From: a virus
Taxonomy: Duplodnaviria; Caudoviricetes
DNA length: 54,353 bases
Reading direction: 5' to 3' (one strand)
IMG/VR virus record: IMGVR_UViG_3300028706_000007
Location: 1-54,353 of that record
Shown here: piece after piece, positions 1 to 10,896 of the stretch
How positions within the stretch are numbered: the first letter of the stretch is position 1
Layout of the letters: every line of letters begins with the position of its first letter
Notes under the pieces: generated by a model
What the model was told of the DNA's origin: nothing
Seen by the model: the letters and a program-made list of their open reading frames with translations, nothing else
Database searches by the model: none
Program-made: the position numbers and the translations under genes

Positions 1-3000
1 ATTCATAGACGACAATTCAAAAACACTATCATCTATTAAACTGTCATCTGTTCTTAAATGCCCTGCCGTTGGTAAATTAGTATCGGTGATCTTGGAAGTC
101 AACAACGGGAATATATCTTCAGTATGAATTTCATTCTGTTTGTATATGTCGGTTAATGAAACATATTGGTGTACCCTTGCCGCATTGTCTGATGTATAAG
201 CGGTATCATCAGCACGAGTAGCACTATCATCTGCTGTAATTATAGTAGAAGCATATGCTGTCTCATCTGCAATGAATATAGCACTAGGATTATTCTGTAA
301 TTCAACTTCATTCAACTCAATATCAATGTATGCTTGGTTACTGCTACCACCATAGGTAGCACGTCTTATTGCCCAATTTTCATACACATCATATGTTGAT
401 TCTTCTTTGTCAATTTTAACACCACGGAATAAACCTGTACTATTAGCCGTGCCTTTCTGACTAATTACGTTGCTATACACATTCACCTGACTCACATCAT
501 CAAATGACTCTAAGTATGATCTAGGTCTAAATCCAGTAACACCCAATGCTAATAGATCAACATCTGATTCTAAATTAGCTGTTTTATTGTTATAATAATC
601 AGTAGCTTGTGCTGCTTTTGTGGATACATTAGGTAATAACCCAGTTTTAATACTTCGATAATCAACATCACTCCATTCGTCCATATTAAATGTATCGGCT
701 GGTTGGATATTTGCCACCGCACCCCAATATGAATTTTTGAACTTAACCATATCACCTTTTTGGTAATATAAATTACTTTCCCATTCAGCAACATTGTCCT
801 GATTTAAAATAAATCCTTGTGCATCCATTTGTCCATTCCAATCATAGGTGGTGAATCCATTTATCTTAATTCGTTGTTGTCTTAACCCAGATGCTGGCTG
901 ATATATCAAATCATTAAATATACTAACATTATCTAAAACCAATAAATGTTCATAGCTAGTATCATTGATGGTTAAAAAATTAACAGTTTTATCATTTAAC
1001 GACGTTATTTTGAAATTATTATCCAATCTATCAATGACATAATCTTCATCTAATAATATATTACCATCCTGATCTAACGGCAATTCTGTGATTGGTGAAT
1101 TAGTTAAACTATCCACTATTGTTTGTGATTTTTCATATTCTAATACATCAGCATTAGGATTAAGATTAATAATACTACCATCTATCCAATCTTGCCCTGA
1201 CCACACAACAAACTCATTTGCCAATTGCATCCATGACAACTGTATACCGTTAACGGTATCATTAAATTGCAATCCTTGTGATTCCAATAATTTACCATAA
1301 CTTACAATAAAATCAACTACAGTAGTCACATTAGTGAATGTGAAGCCATATGGTACTAAAACGATCTCATTAGTAAAGTCTTGTGCTACCCTGAATGTCT
1401 TATTTCCAACCACAAATGTCTTGATATTGTTATTTGGTATACTTGATAGTATTTGAAAATATTGTTCAGTTGTACTATTTCCGTATACTGCATATCCATC
1501 TGGTGTTTTTTGCACTACAACAGATGAAAATTGCAATTTGTTTGAATTTTGGTTCTTATGCAATAATAATTCATAACTCTCATCTGGAAGCATTAACGTA
1601 TTATTTGAACTATCTGGACTACTTTTTTCAGTAAATATTTTCAAATATTTTTTGTCAGTAAATGATGCCATTCTATAACATAACCTAATATCTAAATTAG
1701 ATAAGTCTGTCGTTAACTTACTACCATCGTTGTATCCGTAAAACCTATTATAATCCACAATCCAATTCACATAACTATGCTTTGGGGTATCCTGTCCTAG
1801 TACTTCTAATGTTCTAATATCTAAATGATGTCTATTATCATACACATATTGGTCAACACCAGCATCGTAGTTATAACGATCTCGGTCAACCATCAATGCA
1901 AAATATTTCGCTGGTTTTGTTAATGCCAACAATCGTTGCACCGCAAATGGGTATGAACTGCTACGCTTCCACGCTGATTCAGTAGGGGCACCATCACCAA
2001 CTACCCAACTCTTTCTAAAATCTGGTTGTGAATATTCCTTAACCAACAACGCAAATGGAGATACCAATTCACCAGCAGAATTTACTGGAATAATATCTAA
2101 TAATCCATCACGGACATACCTTACATCAATATGATGTCCATTTGGGTCACGAATCCACCCTTCTGCTAAATCTTTCCATAATACTAAATTACCACTCGTG
2201 TATGGTGCTGGACCATATGTATCTTCCCACCATGATGGCAATTCACTTAACCCAATCATTTCCCATGGTGTTAGATGTGGTGTATCAGTATCGTAATAAT
2301 GGCGATATGTGCCACGCCAATGACCTTTTAATAAGCTATTGTCTAATTTACTACTTGATGTACTATAATTCCATGTGAATTCATCGGTCGTAAGATAGTT
2401 TTGTGTCTTGTAATCTACTTTATTCCAACCCACCCAATTCAAAAAATCATTAGATAAAATATCTACGATTTCTTCATCCGCATAATCAGTTGTCCTAAAT
2501 CCACCAGGTATTACATCTGATGCTGATAATGGAATGGTTGATTGCACTTTAATATTATTATAAATGCGTTTCTCAAACTCCAACAATACATCATCCCTTA
2601 TATCTCCAAATGCGATGGTAATACTACCATCATGCCCTTGTATAACTGTTTGGGCAACTACATAGGTATCATCTTTGTATTGCTGCGGTTTGAATTTTGG
2701 ATACAATCCCAATTTAGTCGGGGTGCTTGGAATATATGAACCCAATGTTGATGTATATTCATCAATTCGTACTATATCATTATCATTTAATTCTGTGATA
2801 ATAGTAACCCGTGGACCATCGGTTGCCACTGTGTAATCTGTGTCTTTTATTAGTAAATTATCATTTAAGTACACTAATAAGCCATTATTATTTGCTACAG
2901 TAAAATCGTACACATTGATGGTGTTGAATACAGATGTACTAATTGCTGTTATCGCATGAGATGTAGCAGTATAATCATCGGTACTCGGAAGCATATCACT

Positions 3001-6000
3001 CCAATAAAATGCACTATCTGAGTTTTTACCAGCATTCAACGAATTCAATGCTTGGTTCAATACAATAGATGCAGATAACCCATGTACCTCATTTGATGCT
3101 ACCCAATGCAATAACTTATTTTTAAATAGTTCATAATGAGTTGAATTGAATCTTAATGCTTCAAATAAGTTGTATTCTTTTTTGCGTGCAAAAACTGCAT
3201 ACACAGATAAAGGTGAGCTATGCTGTACAATAATATCACCATATGCCGCTATGTTTCCTAAATCACGGCTATTATTTGAACCATTAATAACCCCTTCTAA
3301 ACCACCAATATTTTGTGTTAAACTATTATAATGGTTCCTCACTGTGCCTAATGTAAGAGTAATACTTTCTTCATTAAATGCATTGCCCTCCAAGTTCTTT
3401 GGAACTTCATAATATCCACTTGCACTTGCTTCACCTGAAATGATACTAACATCAATTACTGTTCCGTTTACTGGTTCTGTATTAAAAATTATTTCTGTTC
3501 CACTAGCGGAAACAGTTACCGTGTAATTATCAGGTCTGATAAACTCACCACCAACAAATACTTTAACGGCTGGTACACCAATCTCATTGGTTGGTATGAT
3601 ATCTAACTTCAATGAAGTTCCACTATAAACAAAGTTGAATTTCTGTCTTGTGGTTTTTGCTGATGCGAAATTTGTCCACCCAACTTTATAACTATATTCA
3701 GTTCTTGATGTGTATTTTTTTGGTTTACTACTACCAATGCTATATTCGTTAGAACCATAGGTGTAAGTATCAGTGTGTATATTGTTTTCGAAAACGATAT
3801 CACCTAGATTATCAATATTCAAATACGATAACGGAAATCCCAATATGGGATCATTTACACCATTGCCTTGCTTATAACTGAATATTTTACTACCTGTAAA
3901 GGTAGAACCTGAATATATGATAGAATTGCCCAAACTGTACCCATTAGTATCATACATATCAAACATCGGGGATTGATTAATTGATGTTTTTAGTTGGGAT
4001 TCTTCCCATGTTACACCATTATGATAATATGTTTTGCCCTGCTGTGTATTCCCAAATAAACAAACTACTGTATTATCCTGATATACATCGGCATCTTCTG
4101 CCAATACCAGCTGAATAACACTGCTTCCATCGGCATCCTGATCTATGAAGTTAACCACAAATATTTTATTTTTAACGAACATATCAGGGTCATTCGCAAA
4201 TATGACACGATCCCCAGAATTCAATCCTATGCCATCAACACTATATGATGATTGATTATTAACATTACTCATTGCATCAGTCTGCGTGAAATCAATTACA
4301 TTTATTGGGGCTTTTCTTTCTGTGCCGTTATTGTACAATCTTATATTAGCATTAAATTCTATAATAGACCGCTTGGCTCTAAAGTCATTATCTAATACAA
4401 CGGGCGAATTGTTATATTCTGCTGTTTTTTCAATTACATCTAAATGAAACCATCGGTTGCTTCTTGCCCACGCATTCTGGCTTAAATCTGACCTATTAAT
4501 TGTTATATAATCTAGATCTAATGGTGCATTTATGGCACTATCCAATGCAACACTATCAAATGGTTCGGCATCAAACGGTGATTCCATTGAAATGGTATAT
4601 TGTTCTGGGGTGATTAGTTCTTTTACTGATATTAGTTTAATCGCTTCACCAACACCTTCTACATAATATTCGCCATCTTGATAACTGTCAGGACTTACAT
4701 TGCCACGGAATATCACTTTCAATCCATTGGTGAATTGAACACCATTAGCACTAGTAAATGTTTCTTTGTCTTCAATATCACTAATATACAAAGTTTCTGC
4801 ACTTATTGCATCAACAAGATTAATAACACCAAACATATTTTCATTTGATGGATCTTGATAATACAATGTATCATATGCAGCTGTCAATAATGGGATTTCT
4901 TCAAAGAATCCTTCAGCATTTTTATAAAATGAACGATTGCTATATGTTTCACCATACGAAATACTGAACTTTTCTAAGTTATTAACATAACTAATCCGAT
5001 TTAATTTTACATATGGATCTTCACCATCACTGTATACTAATTCTACTTGATAGATGCTATATCTATCTGCTTTGTCTGTGATTGGCGTGCTATCTTGCCA
5101 ATCATCGTCATCCCACTCATCATTGTCCCATTGATCTTCATATTCCCAACCAATATCGTCTGCTAACCCTTCCTGGGTTGATGTGAAAATAATTGTCTTG
5201 TTATGTAAATCTGTAATACCATCAATACTACCTAAATTACGAACATATTGGTAATTAACTTCATCAAATGCCAATGCCGTTACTAAATCCACATCCCCAA
5301 TATCGGTTAAATCATAATAGAATTGCTGTGCATCTACTTCTGGAACACTGAATACTATGTCAGCTGATAAACCACCATTATTTTTTACACCATTAATATC
5401 ACGATTGCTGATATTTGGCGATTGTGTTAATGAACCATTCAAACCTGGCTGGGTTTGAATATAGAATGGATTTATATTATCTGTATCAAATGTATATTGT
5501 CCACCACGAACCAATGTTATAGTTGGGTTACCACTACCCACCCCACTTAAATCTATGGTATTATTGTATGCATCCACTACCACACCAAATGTATCTGTTA
5601 ACGCAGCAGCGGATGAAAATACATCTACTGAATCTGGTCCCTGTGGTAACCAATAATATTGGCTATAATTAATAAATTTATCAAAATCTATTAGTGGGTC
5701 CCAACTATATAAATTATTAGTAAATAACCTATCATGCTTATCGACATTAGCACCATTTACTTTTAATGAATCTACTATTTCAGGATATGTGATTGCATCT
5801 TCTATAGTACCGTCTGTATTCTTAAATATTACACCAGGTTCTAATTGATAATTTGCCCTTTTTACAGATGGTTCTAATATGTAATCGCCCTTATTAACAA
5901 CAACATTATCACGTCTACCAACATACCCTTCTGTTTGTTTTAATTTAGGTTGCTGCACTAATTGATCTAATGTAGAACTTAAAAATTTCTTATTAGTACT

Positions 6001-6048
6001 AGTCTTAAATATCTCTGGTAATAAATCAACTGATCTTATTCTAGTCAT
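1..6048 (-). CDS. Giant virion structural protein, probable baseplate wedge subunit (partial, >2,016 aa, runs off left edge)
   Basis: ATG at 6048, 1 nt after the stop of the gp6-like gene. Reads MTRIRSVDLLPEIFKTSTNKKFLSSTLDQLVQQPKLKQTEGYVGRR...YSWDPLIDFDKFINYSQYYWLPQGP. It is absent from the ORF track, consistent with no in-frame stop before position 1; the frame was spot-checked open at both ends. The function is inferred from synteny. Confidence 0.75.
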   Translation of the reverse strand, partial: MTRIRSVDLLPEIFKTSTNKKFLSSTLDQLVQQPKLKQTEGYVGRRDNVVVNKGDYILEPSVKRANYQLEPGVIFKNTDGTIEDAITYPEIVDSLKVNGANVDKHDRLFTNNLYSWDPLIDFDKFINYSQYYWLPQGPDSVDVFSSAAALTDTFGVVVDAYNNTIDLSGVGSGNPTITLVRGGQYTFDTDNINPFYIQTQPGLNGSLTQSPNISNRDINGVKNNGGLSADIVFSVPEVDAQQFYYDLTDIGDVDLVTALAFDEVNYQYVRNLGSIDGITDLHNKTIIFTSTQEGLADDIGWEYEDQWDNDEWDDDDWQDSTPITDKADRYSIYQVELVYSDGEDPYVKLNRISYVNNLEKFSISYGETYSNRSFYKNAEGFFEEIPLLTAAYDTLYYQDPSNENMFGVINLVDAISAETLYISDIEDKETFTSANGVQFTNGLKVIFRGNVSPDSYQDGEYYVEGVGEAIKLISVKELITPEQYTISMESPFDAEPFDSVALDSAINAPLDLDYITINRSDLSQNAWARSNRWFHLDVIEKTAEYNNSPVVLDNDFRAKRSIIEFNANIRLYNNGTERKAPINVIDFTQTDAMSNVNNQSSYSVDGIGLNSGDRVIFANDPDMFVKNKIFVVNFIDQDADGSSVIQLVLAEDADVYQDNTVVCLFGNTQQGKTYYHNGVTWEESQLKTSINQSPMFDMYDTNGYSLGNSIIYSGSTFTGSKIFSYKQGNGVNDPILGFPLSYLNIDNLGDIVFENNIHTDTYTYGSNEYSIGSSKPKKYTSRTEYSYKVGWTNFASAKTTRQKFNFVYSGTSLKLDIIPTNEIGVPAVKVFVGGEFIRPDNYTVTVSASGTEIIFNTEPVNGTVIDVSIISGEASASGYYEVPKNLEGNAFNEESITLTLGTVRNHYNSLTQNIGGLEGVINGSNNSRDLGNIAAYGDIIVQHSSPLSVYAVFARKKEYNLFEALRFNSTHYELFKNKLLHWVASNEVHGLSASIVLNQALNSLNAGKNSDSAFYWSDMLPSTDDYTATSHAITAISTSVFNTINVYDFTVANNNGLLVYLNDNLLIKDTDYTVATDGPRVTIITELNDNDIVRIDEYTSTLGSYIPSTPTKLGLYPKFKPQQYKDDTYVVAQTVIQGHDGSITIAFGDIRDDVLLEFEKRIYNNIKVQSTIPLSASDVIPGGFRTTDYADEEIVDILSNDFLNWVGWNKVDYKTQNYLTTDEFTWNYSTSSSKLDNSLLKGHWRGTYRHYYDTDTPHLTPWEMIGLSELPSWWEDTYGPAPYTSGNLVLWKDLAEGWIRDPNGHHIDVRYVRDGLLDIIPVNSAGELVSPFALLVKEYSQPDFRKSWVVGDGAPTESAWKRSSSYPFAVQRLLALTKPAKYFALMVDRDRYNYDAGVDQYVYDNRHHLDIRTLEVLGQDTPKHSYVNWIVDYNRFYGYNDGSKLTTDLSNLDIRLCYRMASFTDKKYLKIFTEKSSPDSSNNTLMLPDESYELLLHKNQNSNKLQFSSVVVQKTPDGYAVYGNSTTEQYFQILSSIPNNNIKTFVVGNKTFRVAQDFTNEIVLVPYGFTFTNVTTVVDFIVSYGKLLESQGLQFNDTVNGIQLSWMQLANEFVVWSGQDWIDGSIINLNPNADVLEYEKSQTIVDSLTNSPITELPLDQDGNILLDEDYVIDRLDNNFKITSLNDKTVNFLTINDTSYEHLLVLDNVSIFNDLIYQPASGLRQQRIKINGFTTYDWNGQMDAQGFILNQDNVAEWESNLYYQKGDMVKFKNSYWGAVANIQPADTFNMDEWSDVDYRSIKTGLLPNVSTKAAQATDYYNNKTANLESDVDLLALGVTGFRPRSYLESFDDVSQVNVYSNVISQKGTANSTGLFRGVKIDKEESTYDVYENWAIRRATYGGSSNQAYIDIELNEVELQNNPSAIFIADETAYASTIITADDSATRADDTAYTSDNAARVHQYVSLTDIYKQNEIHTEDIFPLLTSKITDTNLPTAGHLRTDDSLIDDSVFELSSMN

Positions 6049-6049
6049 A

Positions 6050-9000
6050 TTATGAGTTCAATTGGGTAGATGTTAATGCATCAATGACCATAATATCATT
6101 GACAGTAGCAGCACTTACGAATATTTCATTAGGTGCTGATTTAATCTCATATAAATCACCAAATGAACCATTGGATGCATTGGGTGTAATAACTACTGAC
6201 CCAATCACATCACCAACTTTATCATGTAAATATGCTGCTAATTCTGAAAAATAAAATGTTTCTCCAAAATCCCAATTACTAATACTAAAGTATTCATTCA
6301 TTGCTGAAATAACGCGGCTTTTTATCTCATTATTGCTCGCCATTGAACCTTGTAATTTAACTACTTTTATAGTAGCTTGCAATCCACTCTCTGCTTTATC
6401 ACCAAACAATGGTTTAAAATCAACGCTATTCATTACTATATTATCACTAATCATTTTATAATCTTCTAGTGATTTATACGCAACAGTCAATTCATCAATT
6501 GATGGTTTTACTGGTTCGGTGATTGTATTAGTAGTATCGTTTATGTAATTGGTATAATCTGTGTAGTAAGCAGATGTTACTAGGAACATATCAATGATAT
6601 TCGATATCCCTGGGTTTATTCTTCTTGTTTCTGGGCTGTTATGTCTATATTGGAATTGTAAATCTTGTCTACCAGTTTTTGCTAGATACCCAGGATACCC
6701 AGTAATCTCACTAGTACTAGTAGCACTACTATCAACTTGGTAGAACTTAGCATCAGTATAAGCATATACTACTTCACCCCCCGAAAATGCTGTTAAATCA
6801 ACATCAATATCTGCTTTGACTGCATATACAGATGTATTAACAATAGCATCACTTGCTAGTGGTATAGCACGAGTTAAATTATCTGCATCGGTTACTGTTT
6901 GGAAAAATACTTTTTGTTGTGTTAAATCTACAACATCATTAGTAACCACCGTATCAAAGAAACTTGGGTTATCTGCTACGTTGTCATCATCAAAATCTGA
7001 AAAACTAACTAGTACTTTATAATCTTCAGCATACCCATCAACTTCGACAGGTTGACCTACTATATCCATTTTAACATCATTCGTTAACCTAGAATTAGTT
7101 GCTGGTTGTGAATTGGTTTTTAGTATACTGATGTAATCATTGACTACTTTCCCTGTTCTTGGGTCATATATCTTCCGATTATCACCATAGAAAAAACGTG
7201 TTTCTTTCACACTTGAGAAGTAATAATTTAATACCTTTGTCGTAACTGTGTATATATTATTCACAGTTTCAAACTTTGTGATCCAATTATCACTAGTTAA
7301 ATTTGCTTCACTTACTAGATTCCATTCCGCTGTCGTATTATCATACTGAATTCCAAAATTACGGTATAGTTCGATTTGTCCTAGTATTACCTGTTCAAAT
7401 TCAATTGATAAATCAGTATTATACACAGCATATACCTGTGTTGGTACAGCATCTGTTGGGATATAATCTGTTAATGTTACTGCGCCAATCCCATCTGCGT
7501 CTGTGCCTGAACCAAAATTAGTACCATCAAGTACAACATTAGATATACCTGACCATATTTCAAGTTTATCGGTATCTAAAGTTGGTGTGCCATTTTGCAA
7601 TCTGTTGTCTTTATCAAAATAATATCCTGTTTGGGGTTCAAATTTTATTACACACCCTTTAACAAAATACTTTAAGTTATCTGTGGTATATTCACCAATT
7701 TGCAATGCATTGCTACTTGAATTTTCAAAATACCCAGTAGTTTGGTTTGTGCTTGTTGTACTAAAATGCCATTTAACATCCACCGATGTTAATGAATACG
7801 GTAAATTATTCTCATAATAACGATGGACTGCGTTACGCTGTACTATTTTAGGTTCTACTTGATTCCTAATCACGGATTCAATGTCATTTGTATCAACAAA
7901 TGCGAATGTGAATGCTTCTTCATCTGTATCTTTGTATAGCATACCATCACTGTTGAATGTGTTGATGCTTGAATACTTACCAGTTGGGTCTACCAAATCT
8001 AAATATCTGCTAGCACCTATGTTTGTTCTGTTTATTGCTTTGCTTTTCATCACACTGTTGAATGTAGCATACGGGAAGTTATTATAGTCTTCACCGTTCA
8101 CCATTCTATTTTGTGTATAGAACTTGGCTGGCGCTCTTCGTTTAATATCAGCCAAACTTTCCTTTGCTCTTGCATTATTGATATTCTCGGTTAAACTAAC
8201 AGTAAATGTAGCTGTTTCTAATCTATTTGTTCTGCTAACATACGGAACTGTTAGTTGAATGCTTGAAATATCTTCCTTATTGATGATATATTCTAATCCA
8301 TTGGAATTCCGCACCATTGCTCTATATGTGCCTACTGGTATATTACCAAATACGCCATCACCAAAGTTCAATGTAACCTGATCATTAGCCCTATTAGATA
8401 TACTATACAACCTTCTGTGACCAACCCCATCCTGTGAATTGTTAGTTGCATATATATTCTCTACACCTGCCCATTCATATGCTATGTTACCCAATGCATT
8501 TAGTTCATATACCCAAACATCATCACCATTGATACCATCCACATCTACTTCTACTTGTCTATTTGAAATACGATCAGACAATACAAAATCTTTATTTGAT
8601 AATGTTCCTTGTTTAAAATAAAAGAAATACCCAGTATTCTTACTAGCAAACCCCAATGTATCATTGCGGTATAACAAATTAAATTCATTATTCGCTTTTG
8701 GTGCTGGTTCATATATATATGGTTCGCCAGCAGAAGTGGCATTCACTGCCTCAAAATTCATACTTATACCATCAACAGATGCGCTAAATGGGATTACAGG
8801 CAATACACCATCGGGTATCTTGATACTGTATTCGCTAGTACTAACATTTAAGATATCTGCTGTTCTTCCAGGAACACCTGCTTTCTGGCTATCTACTAGG
8901 ATGGCATTTATTATTGTATTAAATTGTTCTTGCCAATCAATATTGGTTCTGTCATTCCAACGCACAGTCACATTACTAAGACTACTATTATTATAATCAT

Positions 9001-9388
9001 AGATGTTTTCGGTCGTACTAATTGAAGTGACCTTTATGTATCCTGATGATGCTTGATTTCGTTTTGGCTGATAACCTACCAGATTAGCTAATTTAACCAC
9101 ACTATCTCTGCGTTCTGCTGTATCTAGAAAGTTTTCTCTCGTGTTTAAGTCTTGTCTAAAACTAATACCTTGACCCATAAATGCCATTAAATCTATCAAT
9201 GCAATGAATTCTGAACTTTCAACAAAATCGTTAAAACTCTCTGGATGATGTTGTTTTAGATAATCTATGAAACTTTTTCTTAGTGTTTCAAAATTATAAC
9301 TTTGGAAGTCAGCTTGGTTGTATGTTTTGTATATACTTTTCCAATCTTCTGTGCCAAATATTGTACTGTGTTTTGATGTAGTCGCCAT
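6050..9388 (-). CDS. Baseplate wedge subunit (T4 gp6-like), 1112 aa
   Basis: The N-terminus DFQSYNFETLRKSFIDYLK...SSEFIALIDLMAF...ENFLDTAERRDSVVKLANLVGYQPKR and the internal ESLADIKRRAP...QNRMVNGEDY are gp6/baseplate J-like signatures. Confidence 0.85.
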   Translation of the reverse strand: MATTSKHSTIFGTEDWKSIYKTYNQADFQSYNFETLRKSFIDYLKQHHPESFNDFVESSEFIALIDLMAFMGQGISFRQDLNTRENFLDTAERRDSVVKLANLVGYQPKRNQASSGYIKVTSISTTENIYDYNNSSLSNVTVRWNDRTNIDWQEQFNTIINAILVDSQKAGVPGRTADILNVSTSEYSIKIPDGVLPVIPFSASVDGISMNFEAVNATSAGEPYIYEPAPKANNEFNLLYRNDTLGFASKNTGYFFYFKQGTLSNKDFVLSDRISNRQVEVDVDGINGDDVWVYELNALGNIAYEWAGVENIYATNNSQDGVGHRRLYSISNRANDQVTLNFGDGVFGNIPVGTYRAMVRNSNGLEYIINKEDISSIQLTVPYVSRTNRLETATFTVSLTENINNARAKESLADIKRRAPAKFYTQNRMVNGEDYNNFPYATFNSVMKSKAINRTNIGASRYLDLVDPTGKYSSINTFNSDGMLYKDTDEEAFTFAFVDTNDIESVIRNQVEPKIVQRNAVHRYYENNLPYSLTSVDVKWHFSTTSTNQTTGYFENSSSNALQIGEYTTDNLKYFVKGCVIKFEPQTGYYFDKDNRLQNGTPTLDTDKLEIWSGISNVVLDGTNFGSGTDADGIGAVTLTDYIPTDAVPTQVYAVYNTDLSIEFEQVILGQIELYRNFGIQYDNTTAEWNLVSEANLTSDNWITKFETVNNIYTVTTKVLNYYFSSVKETRFFYGDNRKIYDPRTGKVVNDYISILKTNSQPATNSRLTNDVKMDIVGQPVEVDGYAEDYKVLVSFSDFDDDNVADNPSFFDTVVTNDVVDLTQQKVFFQTVTDADNLTRAIPLASDAIVNTSVYAVKADIDVDLTAFSGGEVVYAYTDAKFYQVDSSATSTSEITGYPGYLAKTGRQDLQFQYRHNSPETRRINPGISNIIDMFLVTSAYYTDYTNYINDTTNTITEPVKPSIDELTVAYKSLEDYKMISDNIVMNSVDFKPLFGDKAESGLQATIKVVKLQGSMASNNEIKSRVISAMNEYFSISNWDFGETFYFSELAAYLHDKVGDVIGSVVITPNASNGSFGDLYEIKSAPNEIFVSAATVNDIMVIDALTSTQLNS

Positions 9389-9396
9389 ATTATTGT

Positions 9397-9431
9397 TATT
9401 TATTACAAAAATAATATGCGTATATTATGAT
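9397..9431 (-). promoter_or_regulatory. Late-promoter-like TAAATA box with an upstream 18-bp palindrome (copy 1)
   Basis: AATAAATA on the minus strand at 9397-9404, 8 nt before the gp6-like ATG. Inverted repeat ATAATAT-gcgt-ATATTAT at 9411-9428. Confidence 0.6.
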
Positions 9432-10342
9432 TAAAACCGTTTTTTTGGGATTGCCGTTTTAAATTTGGTTACTTCGTGATTCAGTACCATATCATCCCAT
9501 TTACAAGCATAATCTTTCTGTTTATCGGTGATACTGACACCTACCTTTTGCAAGTATTCTAAATGTTCATTCGGGGTAGGATGCACATCCTGTCGTTTGG
9601 TGTTGATATTATCTCTCCTCGTTACAAGTTGAAAATCATTTTCAATTTCATCCATTATTTCTTGACTAATATTACCACAATCGTTGTTGTAAAAGTTACC
9701 GAAGGATGGCCAGTCTACTCCTGCACATTTGTTATATGTTAATCTTAACTGATCAATCGCATCTGGTATTGCCATTTTAATAACAACATCATCCCTGGAA
9801 TGAAAATCATTATCGAATATTATCTCACACACACTAGGACTTATTACATCAATGGTGTCGCTAAACAGCGATGCTATCTTACTTTCTAGTGATAATTTAA
9901 AAGTTAACTGTTTGTGCGAATCATCGACCATAGAAAACGGTACAATTTTAAACATCTTATAATTGCACCCAATATTGTCCAATGTTTGCTTAACCATTTC
10001 AATTAGTGCCATATTCGTCAGAAGATACCCATCAGGGTCAGTGTAGTTGTCCACAAATTCTTGTGAATATGATGAATTATACACACTACCTGGCGTAACC
10101 CATTTATTTTTTAAATACCTATCCTCACGCCCAATGGATGTCCACATAATCATAACGGTGTCGTCCACGTTTATATTATTTCGTTTTATACATTCGGCCA
10201 ATGAGTACATTATGAAATGATTACCGCCACCTGGTCGCCCCCAATTTTCAAAAAGGTCATATTCTTGGCTTAATATGTCAGCCCATGTTGGCCACATATA
10301 TGATGTGAAGCTACACCCAAAAGTAAATAAACGGTTAGTCAT
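9431..10342 (-). CDS. SGNH/GDSL-hydrolase-like accessory protein, 303 aa
   Basis: Block I-like FTFGCSFT, block II-like NWGRPGGGN and C-terminal DVHP (DxH-like). The gene has its own TATAAATA box. Confidence 0.6.
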   Translation of the reverse strand: MTNRLFTFGCSFTSYMWPTWADILSQEYDLFENWGRPGGGNHFIMYSLAECIKRNNINVDDTVMIMWTSIGREDRYLKNKWVTPGSVYNSSYSQEFVDNYTDPDGYLLTNMALIEMVKQTLDNIGCNYKMFKIVPFSMVDDSHKQLTFKLSLESKIASLFSDTIDVISPSVCEIIFDNDFHSRDDVVIKMAIPDAIDQLRLTYNKCAGVDWPSFGNFYNNDCGNISQEIMDEIENDFQLVTRRDNINTKRQDVHPTPNEHLEYLQKVGVSITDKQKDYACKWDDMVLNHEVTKFKTAIPKKRF

Positions 10343-10348
10343 GGTAGC

Positions 10349-10380
10349 TATTTATAAAAATAATATGCGCATATTATGAT
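10349..10380 (-). promoter_or_regulatory. T4-type late promoter TATAAATA with an upstream perfect 18-bp palindrome (copy 2)
   Basis: TATAAATA on the minus strand at 10349-10356, 6 nt before ATG 10342. Palindrome ATAATATGCGCATATTAT at 10360-10377. Confidence 0.7.
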
Positions 10381-10896
10381 CTATACTAGATGCATTGTTT
10401 CTACTTGCATATCGCTAGGTAAATTAGTTTTATCTAAATTCGGTGTATTTCTAATGTATAAATTATTGCCTACTATTAAATTATTGCCTATGTGTGTTAT
10501 CGGTGTATCATCAAGGACTAAATCATCGTACACCTCCAAATTATTAGGCAAATGAGTTATTTGTGTACGTCCAATGAATAAACTCCCACGCACTGTCAAA
10601 TTATCAGGTAAATGCGTTATTTGTGAACCCAGCGCGAGTATATCCCAACCTACTTCTGTGATATTAGATAAGTGGGTTACTTGTGTATGTGTAATGTTTA
10701 ACGACCCATTAACTACAGTTATACCGACAGGTAATTGCTGAACGAGATTAAAAGGGAATTCCGAGAAATCAATACTCCCAGTATTATTATCCGTAATGCG
10801 TTCACACATCTCTAGTGTTGGATTGGCATATTCCATACGTAATATTTCATATCCATATAATGCCTCTGGGTTTGTGTGGTATTCGTATAAATTCAT
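10381..10896 (-). CDS. Leucine-rich-repeat-like protein with shared N-terminal leader, 171 aa
   Basis: Start reassigned to ATG 10896 (ATGA overlap with the upstream stop), giving MNLYEYHTNPEALYGY. Contains ~21-aa repeats of the form ITHLPDNLTVRGSLFIGRTQ / ITHLPNNLEVYDDLVLDDTP. Confidence 0.7.
   Translation of the reverse strand: MNLYEYHTNPEALYGYEILRMEYANPTLEMCERITDNNTGSIDFSEFPFNLVQQLPVGITVVNGSLNITHTQVTHLSNITEVGWDILALGSQITHLPDNLTVRGSLFIGRTQITHLPNNLEVYDDLVLDDTPITHIGNNLIVGNNLYIRNTPNLDKTNLPSDMQVETMHLV

Noticed and set aside
570-3803. Short ORFs listed in the first 4 kb
   Set aside because: They lie within or opposite the single long minus-strand frame starting at 6048.
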